NCBI GenBank assembly: GCA_963848305.1
Contig: CAWKDC010000001.1
Coordinates: forward strand, 800,001 to 864,000
Reading direction: 5' to 3'
DNA: 64,000 nucleotides
DNA from: an uncultured Gammaproteobacteria bacterium
GTDB taxonomy: Bacteria; Pseudomonadota; Gammaproteobacteria; JABCZS01
Shown: positions 20,717 to 31,261 of the stretch, in pieces
How the letters are laid out: every line of letters starts with the position of its first letter
How positions within the stretch are numbered: position 1 is the stretch's first letter
The notes under the pieces: model-generated
Seen by the model: only the letters and a program-made list of their open reading frames with translations
Databases searched by the model: none
Told to the model about the DNA's origin: nothing
Translations under genes and position numbers: made by a program

Positions 20717-22195
20717 TTACTCAAACCATGGCTTGCGCGCAGCCATGATCAGACGTCCTGCAGTCGCTTCATCCAGGCTTGGATCAATATCCAGTAAATC
20801 GCCAGTAGAGAGCTCTGCCAAATCTTCCTGTGAATGAACGCCGTTCTTGTTAAGCTTTTCTGCCAACTCGGCTGTCATCCCTTCGACACTGTTCAATTCC
20901 CCTGCCACAGGTGCCTTGCTTTCATTCGCAATGGCTTCCGATAACAGCACATCTTTTGCGCGGTTACGCAGGAGTTCAACCAAATCTTCATCAAACCCTT
21001 CAATCGCCAACATTTCATGGCGAGGAACGTAAGCGATTTCTTCGATTGACGTGAAACCTTCTTCAACCAACGCTTGAGCCAAGCTTTCATCGACATCTAA
21101 TTTGTCGACAAATGTTTGAATCAATTGTGTGGATTCAATTTGTGTCTTGTCTTGTGCTTGTGATTCAGTCATGACGTTGATGCGCCAGCCCGTGAGCTCA
21201 GAAGCCAAGCGAACATTTTGACCATTGCGACCAATCGCTTGGGCATACTGTTCTTCTTTCACAGCAACATCCATCGCGTGCAATTCTTCATCCACCACAA
21301 TCGAGACGACTTCAGCAGGGGCCATGGCGTTAATCACAAATTGAACAGGATCATCGTCAAACACAACAATATCTATGCGCTCGCCGCCCAGTTCGCCAGA
21401 CACGGCTTGCACGCGTGAACCACGCATACCGACACAAGCACCGACGGGATCAATGCGCCCATCATTGGTTTTGACAGCAATCTTGGCGCGTGAACCTGGG
21501 TCACGAGCAACACTCTTGATTTCAATCAGTTCTTCGCCAATTTCAGGCACTTCAATTTTGAACAGCTCACGCACCATCTCGGGATGTGCACGACTCAGCA
21601 ACAATTGTGGGCCGCGTGGTTCGGGATTTACACCGACTAAGTAAGCACGCAGGCGATCATTCATGCGGAATGATTCACGGGGAATCATGTCTTCGCGGTG
21701 AATAATGCCTTCAACGTTGCCGCCCAAATCCACAATGATAAAATCTCTGTTTGCTTTTTTAACCACACCCGTCACGAGCTGGCCAACACGGTTCTGGAAA
21801 GCAGAAGCCACTTTGGCACGTTCCGCTTCGCGCACTTTTTGAATGATCACTTGTTTGGCAGTTTGTGCTGCAATGCGGCCAAACTCAGCGGATTCCATCG
21901 GGGTTTCGATAACATCCCCAACCGTTGCATCTGATTTTTTTTCTTTTGCTTCGGTGAGCGTGATTTGGAAGGCAGGATTAAAGTCCTCTTCTTCATCATC
22001 CACCACTGTCCAACGACGGACAGTACTGATTTTACCAGTGCGACGATCAATTGTGACCACCAAATCCGCATCAGCATCAACACGTTTACGCGTGGCCATG
22101 ACCAATGCGGCCTCAATGGCTTCAAAAATAATCTCTTTGTCCACATCCAGTTCATTAGACACTGCATCTGCTACGAGTAAAATTTCTTTTTCCAT
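20717..22195 (-). CDS. nusA: Transcription factor NusA
   Basis: [37 protein letters not shown]. Confidence 0.98.
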   Translation of the reverse strand: MEKEILLVADAVSNELDVDKEIIFEAIEAALVMATRKRVDADADLVVTIDRRTGKISTVRRWTVVDDEEEDFNPAFQITLTEAKEKKSDATVGDVIETPMESAEFGRIAAQTAKQVIIQKVREAERAKVASAFQNRVGQLVTGVVKKANRDFIIVDLGGNVEGIIHREDMIPRESFRMNDRLRAYLVGVNPEPRGPQLLLSRAHPEMVRELFKIEVPEIGEELIEIKSVARDPGSRAKIAVKTNDGRIDPVGACVGMRGSRVQAVSGELGGERIDIVVFDDDPVQFVINAMAPAEVVSIVVDEELHAMDVAVKEEQYAQAIGRNGQNVRLASELTGWRINVMTESQAQDKTQIESTQLIQTFVDKLDVDESLAQALVEEGFTSIEEIAYVPRHEMLAIEGFDEDLVELLRNRAKDVLLSEAIANESKAPVAGELNSVEGMTAELAEKLNKNGVHSQEDLAELSTGDLLDIDPSLDEATAGRLIMAARKPWFE

Positions 22196-22210
22196 CACGA
22201 AGCCTCATTA

Positions 22211-22669
22211 CTATCGATCGAATAACACGGGTGCCAGTTTTGCTTTCGACACTTGTTTGTGTTCAAAAGCAACATCTTGCCCATCTATCTCTACTGTGAT
22301 CACATCGGCTACTACCGATTTGATCACGCCCGTTCCACGACGGCGGCCATCCACTGGCATGCGTAATTCAAATTTGATACGCTTGCCAACATACTTTTCA
22401 AAATCTTCGCGTGTAAACAGCGGGCGATCAAGCCCGGGCGAAGACACTTCGAGATGACACGATCCCATGTCAACTCCTGCCACAGCGAGTTCTGCTTGAA
22501 CTTGCCGCGACGCTTTTGCAAGATCATCCAATGTGATGCCACCTGCTTTATCAAGGAATAAACACAGGCTCTCTGTGCTGCCATGCTGACCCCACTGTAC
22601 CCCGACAAACTCCAAGGATAAACCTTCGACTATCGGCTTCAGCAGTCTCTCAACCTCAGAGCGCTGCAT
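22211..22669 (-). CDS. rimP: Ribosome maturation factor RimP
   Basis: LEVSSPGLDRPLF; upstream of nusA. Confidence 0.95.
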   Translation of the reverse strand: MQRSEVERLLKPIVEGLSLEFVGVQWGQHGSTESLCLFLDKAGGITLDDLAKASRQVQAELAVAGVDMGSCHLEVSSPGLDRPLFTREDFEKYVGKRIKFELRMPVDGRRRGTGVIKSVVADVITVEIDGQDVAFEHKQVSKAKLAPVLFDR

Positions 22670-22683
22670 GACATCCTCCTAAC

Positions 22684-22702
22684 AAAAAAGGGCCATGTGG
22701 CC
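22684..22702 (-). terminator. Terminator-like hairpin between tRNA-fMet and rimP
   Basis: AGGGCCAC-AT-GGCCCT followed by a T tract on minus strand. Confidence 0.5.
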
Positions 22703-22726
22703 CTGCTTTGGTTGCGTTCCTTAAAT

Positions 22727-22803
<77 letters not shown>

Positions 22804-22814
22804 ATCGTCTGGCC

Positions 22815-22843
22815 AGTATACATAACAAATGGGAAATAGTCAA
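22815..22843 (-). promoter_or_regulatory. Sigma70 promoter of the metY-rimP-nusA-infB operon
   Basis: TTGACT-17 nt-TATACT followed by GC-rich discriminator. Confidence 0.75.
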
Positions 22844-22900
22844 AAACATTCTGACTGAAATATTCTATATCTCTTGCATCCTCAATTATTAGAGATATAA

Positions 22901-23569
22901 CTAACCTTCTTGGAGGAACGCTGACCCTGCAAGCCAGGTTCTTTCGGGATAATAGGCGAACACCAATGTGCCGCCTTTAATAGTATTAATCAAAGACTTA
23001 TTGATGCTGGGATCAACCACAGGACAGCCGTGGCTCACGCCCAAACGACCCTCACGACGCAACCATTGATCCGTCACGTAATCGCCACCATGGATCACAA
23101 TCCCGCGCGCCCGGGCATGGTGATTCACATTCTCTTCAAGACCATCTAAACGCAACGCATAGCCGTGTTGGCCATAATAGCTTTCAGCAGTCTTGAACAA
23201 GCCCAAGCTTGATTGCAGGCTTTCTGGACGATTTGAAAATTGTTTGGCATACACTTGGCCACTGTTTTTACCATGTGACACCAATTCCTCAAATAACACT
23301 TTATTGCGTTCCAAGTCGATGACCCACATACGGGGCTTATTGGAAGGCATGCTGTAATCGATAATGGTGAAAATAGGGCTGTTGGTCACGCCAGCGGCCT
23401 CGGCATTATAATAGGCTACCAACGCCTTCTTCAGCACGGTTTTGTCTAAGTATTTGGTTTGAGACAATATTTTACGGTTTGGATCTTGGAAAATGCCAAA
23501 CGCCATGGCTGAATTCAAGAATGACATCATGAAGATCATGATGAGGGTGCGGGTCATGAGCCTATACAT
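22901..23569 (-). CDS. Murein L,D-transpeptidase-like protein (YkuD_2 family), exported
   Basis: Signal peptide; IIDYSMPS, VSHGKNSG, SSLG, IVIHG, SHGCP. Confidence 0.88.
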   Translation of the reverse strand: MYRLMTRTLIMIFMMSFLNSAMAFGIFQDPNRKILSQTKYLDKTVLKKALVAYYNAEAAGVTNSPIFTIIDYSMPSNKPRMWVIDLERNKVLFEELVSHGKNSGQVYAKQFSNRPESLQSSLGLFKTAESYYGQHGYALRLDGLEENVNHHARARGIVIHGGDYVTDQWLRREGRLGVSHGCPVVDPSINKSLINTIKGGTLVFAYYPERTWLAGSAFLQEG

Positions 23570-23700
23570 ACGGGGCCTCTCTTTGTGTGTTATTCCTTAA
23601 CCTATTGATAAATGAGTTAAATTTGACTGCAATAGGTTTATTTTACACCGAAATGGAGGAAATTGCAAGTTTTAGTTATCCATATGATTTAATTTTGGGG

Positions 23701-24660
23701 CTAAAATGGCTTAAACTCTTTGTTGGGTATTCCATCCTGCTGCTGCGTCCCTGACTTCAAAACGCTTCTGCCCGCAAAATATGCCGTGATACCCGAGCTT
23801 ACTGCCAATGCACCGTACACAACCCCTGTCTCGAGTGACTGCCCTGCTTCAGTCGTCATGTGCAACGTATAAAGGGCGCCAACACAAAGGCTCAGCAGAC
23901 CCAAGCTGAGGATAGTGCTACCTACTTGACGGTAGCCCATGTATGAGATTTTCTGACCCTCTTCGCCCCCTGTTATTGAAGACTTATCTCTATCGTAAGA
24001 CAACCCGTAGACCAGCGCTCCAATCGCCGACACCATTATCCCTGCTGCCAAGAATGCATGGTTATCTGCGCCACCATTGAAGGTGAAATCGGGCTGTTCA
24101 TTCAAGGCAAATGCGGCTGCAAAAGACAAGACGACCAAGGCCGCCATCGTTCGGCGGGCATACAAAGGGTTCCCCTCATCCACATTCACATCCCATAACT
24201 CTTTGTCACTCTTTGACTTCACAGCTGCGACGCTCGCCAACAATAACAGGGCCGTCATATAGCCCTCGAGGCCAATCAGCACGTCATTATCTCCACGTTC
24301 AAGGTGTGCAGTCAGATGAAAGGCTAAAATAATGCATGTTAAAGCAAGCGCAAAACGCTTAAGCATAAGAACGGTATCATTAAAATCCTGCTCCTTTTTG
24401 AGCAGCGCTGGACGCGTTGCCAAACCAAGGCCTATCGCAGCGATACAATAAGTCAGGATGGCGATCATGAACATGCCATCTCGTTCACGTTGATGGTCTT
24501 GATCCCAGATATCAATGACGTCCGCCCCATCAGCCAGGATAACGCCAAAGGCAGCGAGACCGGAAAGAAAGGCAAGGATAGCAGCGATATGATACCGGCC
24601 GTTCAATTCATTTGTCGCGTCTACCGCTGTTTTGACTGCATTTGATGAAGTTGTCATCAT
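23701..24660 (-). CDS. Hypothetical multi-pass membrane protein
   Basis: 319-aa ORF with about 8 hydrophobic segments and GGAGG RBS; no family recognised. Confidence 0.7.
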   Translation of the reverse strand: MMTTSSNAVKTAVDATNELNGRYHIAAILAFLSGLAAFGVILADGADVIDIWDQDHQRERDGMFMIAILTYCIAAIGLGLATRPALLKKEQDFNDTVLMLKRFALALTCIILAFHLTAHLERGDNDVLIGLEGYMTALLLLASVAAVKSKSDKELWDVNVDEGNPLYARRTMAALVVLSFAAAFALNEQPDFTFNGGADNHAFLAAGIMVSAIGALVYGLSYDRDKSSITGGEEGQKISYMGYRQVGSTILSLGLLSLCVGALYTLHMTTEAGQSLETGVVYGALAVSSGITAYFAGRSVLKSGTQQQDGIPNKEFKPF

Positions 24661-24700
24661 ATCCTCCTACTGCTCACCGCCATTCTACCAGCTTTTCCCA

Positions 24701-25477
24701 TCAAATCAAACATAGTTTGTCAACAAAATAGGCTCGTCGACGACCCATCAATACGTTAGTGACAAACATGTCCTCCGCATCGACACAGTCTTGAAGGGTG
24801 ATAGAGGCTTCTCGAACCGGTTGGCCGGCCTGTTGGGCTTCTGCCATCACTTGGGCACGCATGATGCCAGGCAAGGCACCGTCTGAAATAGGCGGCGTCG
24901 TCAGCACACCTTGTTTCACAATGAAAATATTGGCCATACTCGTGCCGGCCACATGCCCTTGACTATTCAACAATAAGGCATCATCCGCGCCATGTTGCAC
25001 CGCTTGCATTCTGCCCAGGATATTATCACCATAAGACAAGGATTTCATGCGTGAAAGTGGTGAAGATTCATTCCGTCGAATCGATGTTACCCACAATATC
25101 CAGGGTTTATCGGGCGGCATGTCATAAGGTTCAACCGTGATCATGAGGGTGGGTGATAGGGATGCCGGCGGTAATAAACCCCGCGGCCCGGGACCACGCG
25201 AAAGCGTCAAGCGTGCCACCGCATTCGCCGTTTTGATGTGATTGAGTGATAATAATCGAGCGATAATCGGTTGAACCTGCTCCGCCATGAGCATGAATGG
25301 TATCTCGAGTTGCGCCGCACCAGTGCTTAATCTGTCCATATGTTGCGGCAGATAAAGCACTTGTTGATCTGTGATCGCCATTGTTTCAAACAATCCATCA
25401 CCCAATAACAGCCCGCGATCAGTGTGAAAAATGCTCGGTATTGCGTCTTGCTGAAAAGTGCCGTTAATATAAAGCAT
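24701..25477 (-). CDS. Class IV PLP aminotransferase / aminodeoxychorismate lyase-like
   Basis: DRGLLLGDGLFETM, KSLSY, ANIF, GALPGIMR. Confidence 0.9.
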   Translation of the reverse strand: MLYINGTFQQDAIPSIFHTDRGLLLGDGLFETMAITDQQVLYLPQHMDRLSTGAAQLEIPFMLMAEQVQPIIARLLSLNHIKTANAVARLTLSRGPGPRGLLPPASLSPTLMITVEPYDMPPDKPWILWVTSIRRNESSPLSRMKSLSYGDNILGRMQAVQHGADDALLLNSQGHVAGTSMANIFIVKQGVLTTPPISDGALPGIMRAQVMAEAQQAGQPVREASITLQDCVDAEDMFVTNVLMGRRRAYFVDKLCLI

Positions 25478-25480
25478 ACC

Positions 25481-27649
25481 TCACAACCCATATCCATATT
25501 GATAACGATATCCTGGCTCCACTAACACTTCTCGCGCACGCCCACGACTCAGCGCCTGGATCCAATCCAAATCGCTGCCCACGAAATGAGTGGGTTTATT
25601 TTGGAAAGTAGCGGATTGCTCAACACGTGTCGGCCACGCCATGGGCAAGCGTCCTTCAAAGGTGAGTCCATTGTTCGCAAACAACAAATCAACCACGGCA
25701 GGACCACCTTGACTACCCGGTAAAAAGCCTGCAACAAATGCATCGCTGTGATTCAGCGCATCCACGACCAAGGGCCGCCCTGAAAAAAACACAGTGACAA
25801 CATCATACCCTTGTGCTTTTAAGTCTCGCACCAATTGTTCATTTTGCGCATAGCTTGCCCGAATCGTCGCATATTCAATTGTTTGATGACCACCAAGTGC
25901 ATCACCCACATGAATGTCACCATACCATTCTGCATACGGATGTTCGCCCATCACCACCAGTGCAGTTTTTGCTTTCGATGAACAATCGTTGATCGGGTTG
26001 CTGTATTCACAGATAGCAATGCCTTGCATTTTAAGCGCATCCAATACCGTGACGGTTTGAGGGTAATCTGCTTTATTATTCTCCGCATTCGATGCACCAC
26101 GTTCCAACCCTTGCCAATAAAGACCCCAGCCGCCATTTTGCATTTGCGGACTGTCTATAGCATTACCTGCGACAAGCAGCGGCGTTGCTGTGCTGATATT
26201 GCTGAGTGGTAATGCTTGCTGTTCATTCTTCATCAGCACCATTGATTTTTGCGCGAGTGATTTAGCCAGCGCCGTCCACTTGTCCAAAGAAATTTCTGCC
26301 TGAGAAACATTTGCATATCCAAAAGCACGGTACGTTTCAGAAGGAAGCAATGTTTGCGAAAACAAACCCAATCGGTATTTCACGCGCAAAATACGACGCA
26401 CTGCATCATTGATGCGCGCCTCATGGATCCTGCCGCTCTTCACATGTTCAATCGTGTTATGGAAAAAATCCTGCCAACCGCCAGGTGTGACATAACTCAA
26501 CATGAACATGTCTACACCAGCCTCGATGGCTTCGGGACAATCCCTCACAGAACAACCTGGCACTTCATCAATCGCATCCCAATCGGTGACAACAATGCCA
26601 TCAAATTTCAAACGATCTTTCAACACGTTTTGGATGAGATATTTGTCCGCATGCAATGCGCCATTTTCCCAAGCATTGAAAGAAATCATAACACTGAGCG
26701 CGCCCGCTTCAATGCCGGAAAAATAGCCGGGCGCATGCACATTACGCAACATGTCTTCGCTATATTCGTTGATGCCGCGATCAGTGCGCTTCAACGTAAA
26801 GCGCGTGTCTGTTGGATCAAACCCTTTGTCTATCGCCAATGTCGCATGACCCGTACCCGTGGTTGTACCGCCATCACCCACGAAATGTTTCAGCGTCGCT
26901 GCGATGCGTTGAGGATGACCGTGATCAAACCACGGCGCTTGAATACCAGCGACAGCATAGGGCGCAGCCTCATATTGAATGACAGGATTACTGGAAAGAC
27001 TTTCATACGTGCGACCCCAATGCGTATTACGCGCCACGCTGACAGCCGGTCCAAATATTTGACGAAACCCTTGCAACGCCACTTGTTCACGTGTCGCGAA
27101 TTGCATCGCTTCATACAGTCTGACATTCTCGAGATTGCCGACCAACGCTGCGCCAATACCAATATTGTGAGGAAAAAGCGTCGCCCCATAAATTGCGCCT
27201 GCACCATGCATCGCATCAGTCCCCCAAAGCACGGGAATAGGCGTAGCATCGTTCTGCCAATGGGATGATTTCAAAGCATTCCAATAAAAATCCGCAAGCT
27301 CGCCCCAGCAAGCAAGACTCAGGTATGTTGATCGCCTGCACGACAGTGATACAGAAGACCAAAGATTATAAAAAACAGCTTGGCCACCGCCATGCAACAT
27401 CGCCCCTACTTTATATTGCTGTGCTTCCTCCAGCGAGAGCCCGTTATGCTCGATCATCAGCATTTGACCCACTTTTTCTTCGAGCGACATGGCGCTTAGG
27501 CGTGCTTCCACAAATTGCGCTTCAATAGGATCCACTGGTTTAGCAGGTAAATCCGGCCAAGTGTTCTGCCAAGTTAAGGAGGCTGAGCCTTGAATGGAGG
27601 TACAGCCCAACAGGGCAAATATCAACGCAATCTTGGGGAAATATGACAT
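25481..27649 (-). CDS. Exported GH3 beta-glucosidase / glucan exohydrolase
   Basis: MSLEEKVGQM, GTDAMHG, WGRTYES, KHFVGDGG, VVTDW nucleophile, GE.PYAEW.GD; N-terminal signal with LLGC. Confidence 0.92.
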   Translation of the reverse strand: MSYFPKIALIFALLGCTSIQGSASLTWQNTWPDLPAKPVDPIEAQFVEARLSAMSLEEKVGQMLMIEHNGLSLEEAQQYKVGAMLHGGGQAVFYNLWSSVSLSCRRSTYLSLACWGELADFYWNALKSSHWQNDATPIPVLWGTDAMHGAGAIYGATLFPHNIGIGAALVGNLENVRLYEAMQFATREQVALQGFRQIFGPAVSVARNTHWGRTYESLSSNPVIQYEAAPYAVAGIQAPWFDHGHPQRIAATLKHFVGDGGTTTGTGHATLAIDKGFDPTDTRFTLKRTDRGINEYSEDMLRNVHAPGYFSGIEAGALSVMISFNAWENGALHADKYLIQNVLKDRLKFDGIVVTDWDAIDEVPGCSVRDCPEAIEAGVDMFMLSYVTPGGWQDFFHNTIEHVKSGRIHEARINDAVRRILRVKYRLGLFSQTLLPSETYRAFGYANVSQAEISLDKWTALAKSLAQKSMVLMKNEQQALPLSNISTATPLLVAGNAIDSPQMQNGGWGLYWQGLERGASNAENNKADYPQTVTVLDALKMQGIAICEYSNPINDCSSKAKTALVVMGEHPYAEWYGDIHVGDALGGHQTIEYATIRASYAQNEQLVRDLKAQGYDVVTVFFSGRPLVVDALNHSDAFVAGFLPGSQGGPAVVDLLFANNGLTFEGRLPMAWPTRVEQSATFQNKPTHFVGSDLDWIQALSRGRAREVLVEPGYRYQYGYGL

Positions 27650-27771
27650 GCAAGGCTCCTTTATCTAGGGTGAGACATTGTAGCGTAGATAAGTGGTAGA
27701 TGGCGAACGAGTTGTTTCTTTAGCCAACTGTATGGTATATTGATGGCTTAAATAAAGATGGTCCACGCATC

Positions 27772-29511
27772 ATGAAGCATTTCAAACAAATAGACAACAA
27801 AATCGCTCAAACCACCCTATTCAGGGCTGTCACTACTGATGGCAAGAAATTTGAAATATCGCTTTCCAATGGCACGCCACGAAAACCCGGTTCATTCATA
27901 CTCACTGTACAAATCCCAGGGGATAGTGTGAAAACTTGCCAAGTGGTATTAAACCCATTGAAAGCAAATGACCCCAATGTGGTACAAATCAATCTTGTCA
28001 ATGAACTGCTCCGTAGTCTTCATGCAGAGAGCAACGAGAACGATGTCGAGATTGCCAAAGAGATTCAAGAGATTATTCAATCTTTCTGTCAACAACATCA
28101 ACACGGTAGAGAGCATGCCCAAAAAATCGCCACACACATTGGCCCGACCTTATACATTCGTCCAAAAACATTGTTCATCGAAAGGGATGAACCTACCGAA
28201 ACAAAAACCGTGTATAAAATTGAACCCATGACACAAGCATTGAGCGCCAAATATTTGCACTTATTCGATGCGGCAGCGTCTGGCAATCTAATGCTGTTAT
28301 ACACTATGCTTTCCCGCCGAGAAAACGATCTGATGACCATTGAAAAAGCAGTCAGAGATAATATCATTCGATATGTGAATATGAATCCTTGCGCGCTCAG
28401 TAACAGTGACATGATAGCTGTATTGAGAATGTTGATACATCATCAAGCGGATTATAGTCAGTTTTTAATTACCTTAAAACCAAATCGTCCTCTCATACAA
28501 AAATTGCTTGCTGCAGGCGCAGACATTAACCTGATCGTGGGTGGACAAACGATGATGAGTCAAAGCATCTTGATCCAGTCGACGGATCATTTCGCATTTC
28601 TCTTTCAAAATGGTGCCAATATCAATATTGCAAACACCTCTAACGGATTTGGCACGCCATTGCATATTAGTGCCGCAAATGAATTATTTAATATGTGCAT
28701 TCAACTCATCGACATGGCCAAAACATCAAAATATCCCTGCGATTTTTCAATGAAAGATGGTGAAGGAAAAACAGTGTTAATCATTGCAGCTAAAACGCTC
28801 TCACTCGTACTGATCGAAAAAATCTTGGCTGAAGACAAGTCCTGCGTTAACTTGGCTGACAACGAAGGCAGAACTGCGTTGCATTTTGCTTGTGCTTTGG
28901 GACAAGCGGCCATTGTGAAAGCACTGATCAAAGCGGGAGCAGACGTCAATGCGAAAGATAAAAAAGGCAATACGCCCATGCACTATGCGACTTTTGGTCT
29001 GCCTGTTGTGAAAGCAATTTTAGCTTCCATTTCGATTGATCCGGATCGTGATCAATGTGCGTTGAGAAATGCCATCCCCACCAGTGAAACACAAGTGATC
29101 ACCCTTCGAAAATCACTGGCCGAAGAAAGTGACTCTCTAGTCAAATTCACTCAATTTCCTAAAATGAGCACGAACACCTCTCTTTTCGGTGAATTATTAT
29201 GGTGTCGTCAGAATCAAGCCTCTGTATCATCCATCTTCAGCATGCAGCCAGCGCTCCGAGATGCCATTCTCAGCAGAATGACCGGTAAGAGCGTTGCTGA
29301 AGCATGTTTCGAAGGACACACAAAGGTGATTTCATTATTGATCATGGCTGACGCGGATATGCACCTCAGAAATGATGCGGGTAAAAAACCGGAGATTGTG
29401 CCGTCTTCATGGCTGCAAACATACCCTACATCACCAATGCCAGACGCACTTGAAAACGGCGAGCCGACAGGCAAGATTAAATTTTATGATCCAGATCCTA
29501 GGGGCTGTTGA
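27772..29511 (+). CDS. Ankyrin-repeat protein, candidate secreted effector
   Basis: [34 protein letters not shown] repeats; last codons run into the IS end. Confidence 0.88.
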   Translation: MKHFKQIDNKIAQTTLFRAVTTDGKKFEISLSNGTPRKPGSFILTVQIPGDSVKTCQVVLNPLKANDPNVVQINLVNELLRSLHAESNENDVEIAKEIQEIIQSFCQQHQHGREHAQKIATHIGPTLYIRPKTLFIERDEPTETKTVYKIEPMTQALSAKYLHLFDAAASGNLMLLYTMLSRRENDLMTIEKAVRDNIIRYVNMNPCALSNSDMIAVLRMLIHHQADYSQFLITLKPNRPLIQKLLAAGADINLIVGGQTMMSQSILIQSTDHFAFLFQNGANINIANTSNGFGTPLHISAANELFNMCIQLIDMAKTSKYPCDFSMKDGEGKTVLIIAAKTLSLVLIEKILAEDKSCVNLADNEGRTALHFACALGQAAIVKALIKAGADVNAKDKKGNTPMHYATFGLPVVKAILASISIDPDRDQCALRNAIPTSETQVITLRKSLAEESDSLVKFTQFPKMSTNTSLFGELLWCRQNQASVSSIFSMQPALRDAILSRMTGKSVAEACFEGHTKVISLLIMADADMHLRNDAGKKPEIVPSSWLQTYPTSPMPDALENGEPTGKIKFYDPDPRGC

Positions 29512-29515
29512 CATT

Positions 29516-29660
29516 TCACATAGACAACCACATGATGCAACAAAACTGGGACGGATGATTTCTTTCGAATGAGTTCCCTAATCTCCTCGCAATCATACCC
29601 TTTGTCTGCAATCGTGAAATGTGACACTGGCAGTTTCTCAATAAATTCGGGGGCAATTAC
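29516..29660 (-). pseudogene. IS5-family transposase remnant with internal deletion
   Basis: APEFIEKLP..TIADKGYDCEEIRELIRKK joined out of frame to a C-terminal CCIMWLSM-stop that abuts the inverted repeat. Confidence 0.8.
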
Positions 29661-29769
29661 AGGTAAATACATCAGTGTCTTGCCAACACCACGAACTGTT
29701 AAACTGGTTCATTAACCATTGTGGGAATAAAACCCTTGCAGCTTGCGCAATCGGTTTGCTTCAGGAGCG

Positions 29770-30891
29770 CTATTTCAAAGAATTGCGCACAGGGTTTCCC
29801 TGCTCTCCGGCTGTCGGGTGAGCCCGCTGTTCAAGGTTTTGTTTGAAGTTGTTAAGCGCTGATGTTTTTGCTCGACATAGTTTTTCAAGGACGCCCCCCC
29901 GCCTGTGCGGCCAAGTCGCGTGCCCGCCTGCTGGAGCCGCCAGGCACGCGTAAATCGCAAAATCAAAACCCAAACCCCTCGTGGGCGGAGAAGAAATTGG
30001 AGGGAAATATGAAATATCAGAAGATGATTGATAATTGTGTAAAGTAAGAGAACGGGCGGGGGGCTGGTTTTGCTCTACGCGATAGTAAAGCCCTTGGCAG
30101 AATGCCTGAGCATCAATGGCCGGAACCAAACGCTCTAAATAACCAATCACTTTACGCCAAAAAAGAGATAGTTGGTTTCCATTCCAGGGGGCCCAGTTTT
30201 GATTGTATCGATTAAAGGCTTCAATCAAATAATTGAGATTAAAGTGATGACCTTCGGTGACTTCTTTGGGAACAAAATAGTGTCTGAATTCATTTAAAAC
30301 CGCTCGGGTTTCGGGGCTTGTTGTGTCATTTGTGAGGGCATTGACTATCTTATCCATCAATGCGGTAAATTCAGCTTCGACCTGTGGGTACTCAAAACCA
30401 CTGGGGAATTGCTCTTGCATTTGTCTTTGTGCGCGCTGTATTCCTGTTTCGATAGTCTCGCCGTTTTCATCCCGATAAACAACTTTATCGAAATATTGGG
30501 CCATGAAATGGTAAATCTCACTGTCTCCCGTACCTAAGGCGGCTTTAAGGGCAGAGCTTTTAACCCTTCTTGGCACCACTCGGTCTTCATCTATACCCGA
30601 TGCCCATTCAACCCCGCTCGTTTCAATAAACATGATTTTGGGATTGGCAGCAATCATCGCTTTTGCTTTTTTGACATTCTCTTCGGTGGGCTTTAAAACA
30701 TAGTCCATGAGCTGCTTTGCAGCGCGTTCATCAAGGTCTGGCTGAATCCAAGCGCGAGTTTCACGGTTCATAATCAAGGTCGCTGCCGTGGCGGATGCTG
30801 AATACTTCGCAATTCTGGCAATCAGCGCAGCGGGTAAAGCCGGTTCTGTAGATACTTCAGGTTCCTTTGATTTAAACATGGAATAGCCCAA
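29770..30891 (-). CDS. Legionella-effector-like protein (family often annotated as SidC homolog)
   Basis: Recalled family motifs GHHFN, LFWRKVIGYLER, AQAFCQGLY, GLGFDFAI, LEKLCRAKTS; not verified by search. Confidence 0.65.
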   Translation of the reverse strand: MGYSMFKSKEPEVSTEPALPAALIARIAKYSASATAATLIMNRETRAWIQPDLDERAAKQLMDYVLKPTEENVKKAKAMIAANPKIMFIETSGVEWASGIDEDRVVPRRVKSSALKAALGTGDSEIYHFMAQYFDKVVYRDENGETIETGIQRAQRQMQEQFPSGFEYPQVEAEFTALMDKIVNALTNDTTSPETRAVLNEFRHYFVPKEVTEGHHFNLNYLIEAFNRYNQNWAPWNGNQLSLFWRKVIGYLERLVPAIDAQAFCQGLYYRVEQNQPPARSLTLHNYQSSSDISYFPPISSPPTRGLGFDFAIYACLAAPAGGHATWPHRRGGVLEKLCRAKTSALNNFKQNLEQRAHPTAGEQGNPVRNSLK

Positions 30892-30913
30892 CGAAGAACA
30901 TAAGTTAGAAAGA

Positions 30914-30942
30914 AGAATACCGTAAAGACACTATAAAGTCAA
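30914..30942 (-). promoter_or_regulatory. Sigma70 promoter for the passenger gene, inside the element
   Basis: TTGACT-17 nt-TATTCT. Confidence 0.55.
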
Positions 30943-31218
30943 ATACCCAAGGCCATTAGGAGAATAAAACCAGGTTAAAATAGAGGTTTTATGTTTGAAA
31001 TCAGGTGGTTGCCTCGAGAATGTCAACAGGCCCTAGTGTGGAGGGGCCCCGCGCTGAGTTTATCCCCCCGAAAGCAGGGACGTTGCTACCTTCAGAGGGG
31101 GGCTAGAATACAATGCCCTTCAAGTACGAGAGGCATAGATCCTCCAGAGGATTTTTGTTATAAAAATTAAATAAATCAACAGGATAAATAATAAATCCTC
31201 TCTGATGATAGCGCTTTC

Positions 31219-31247
31219 TTGACAATATATTCGTAAAGAAGGATAAT
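31219..31247 (+). promoter_or_regulatory. Sigma70 promoter for the 174-aa membrane protein gene
   Basis: TTGACA-17 nt-GATAAT. Confidence 0.6.
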
Positions 31248-31261
31248 CAAATTTATTTGAT

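Larger units (their letters stand above)
29498..31036 (-). mobile_element. Non-autonomous IS5-family-derived element carrying a passenger gene
   Basis: Inverted ends GGGCTGTTGACATT (29502-29515) and GGCCTGTTGACATT (minus, 31032-31019), 13/14 identical, each flanked by CTAG; transposase remnant inside. Confidence 0.8.

Noticed and set aside
26354-27268. 304-aa plus-strand ORF
   Set aside because: Entirely antisense to the GH3 gene, with no recognisable motifs
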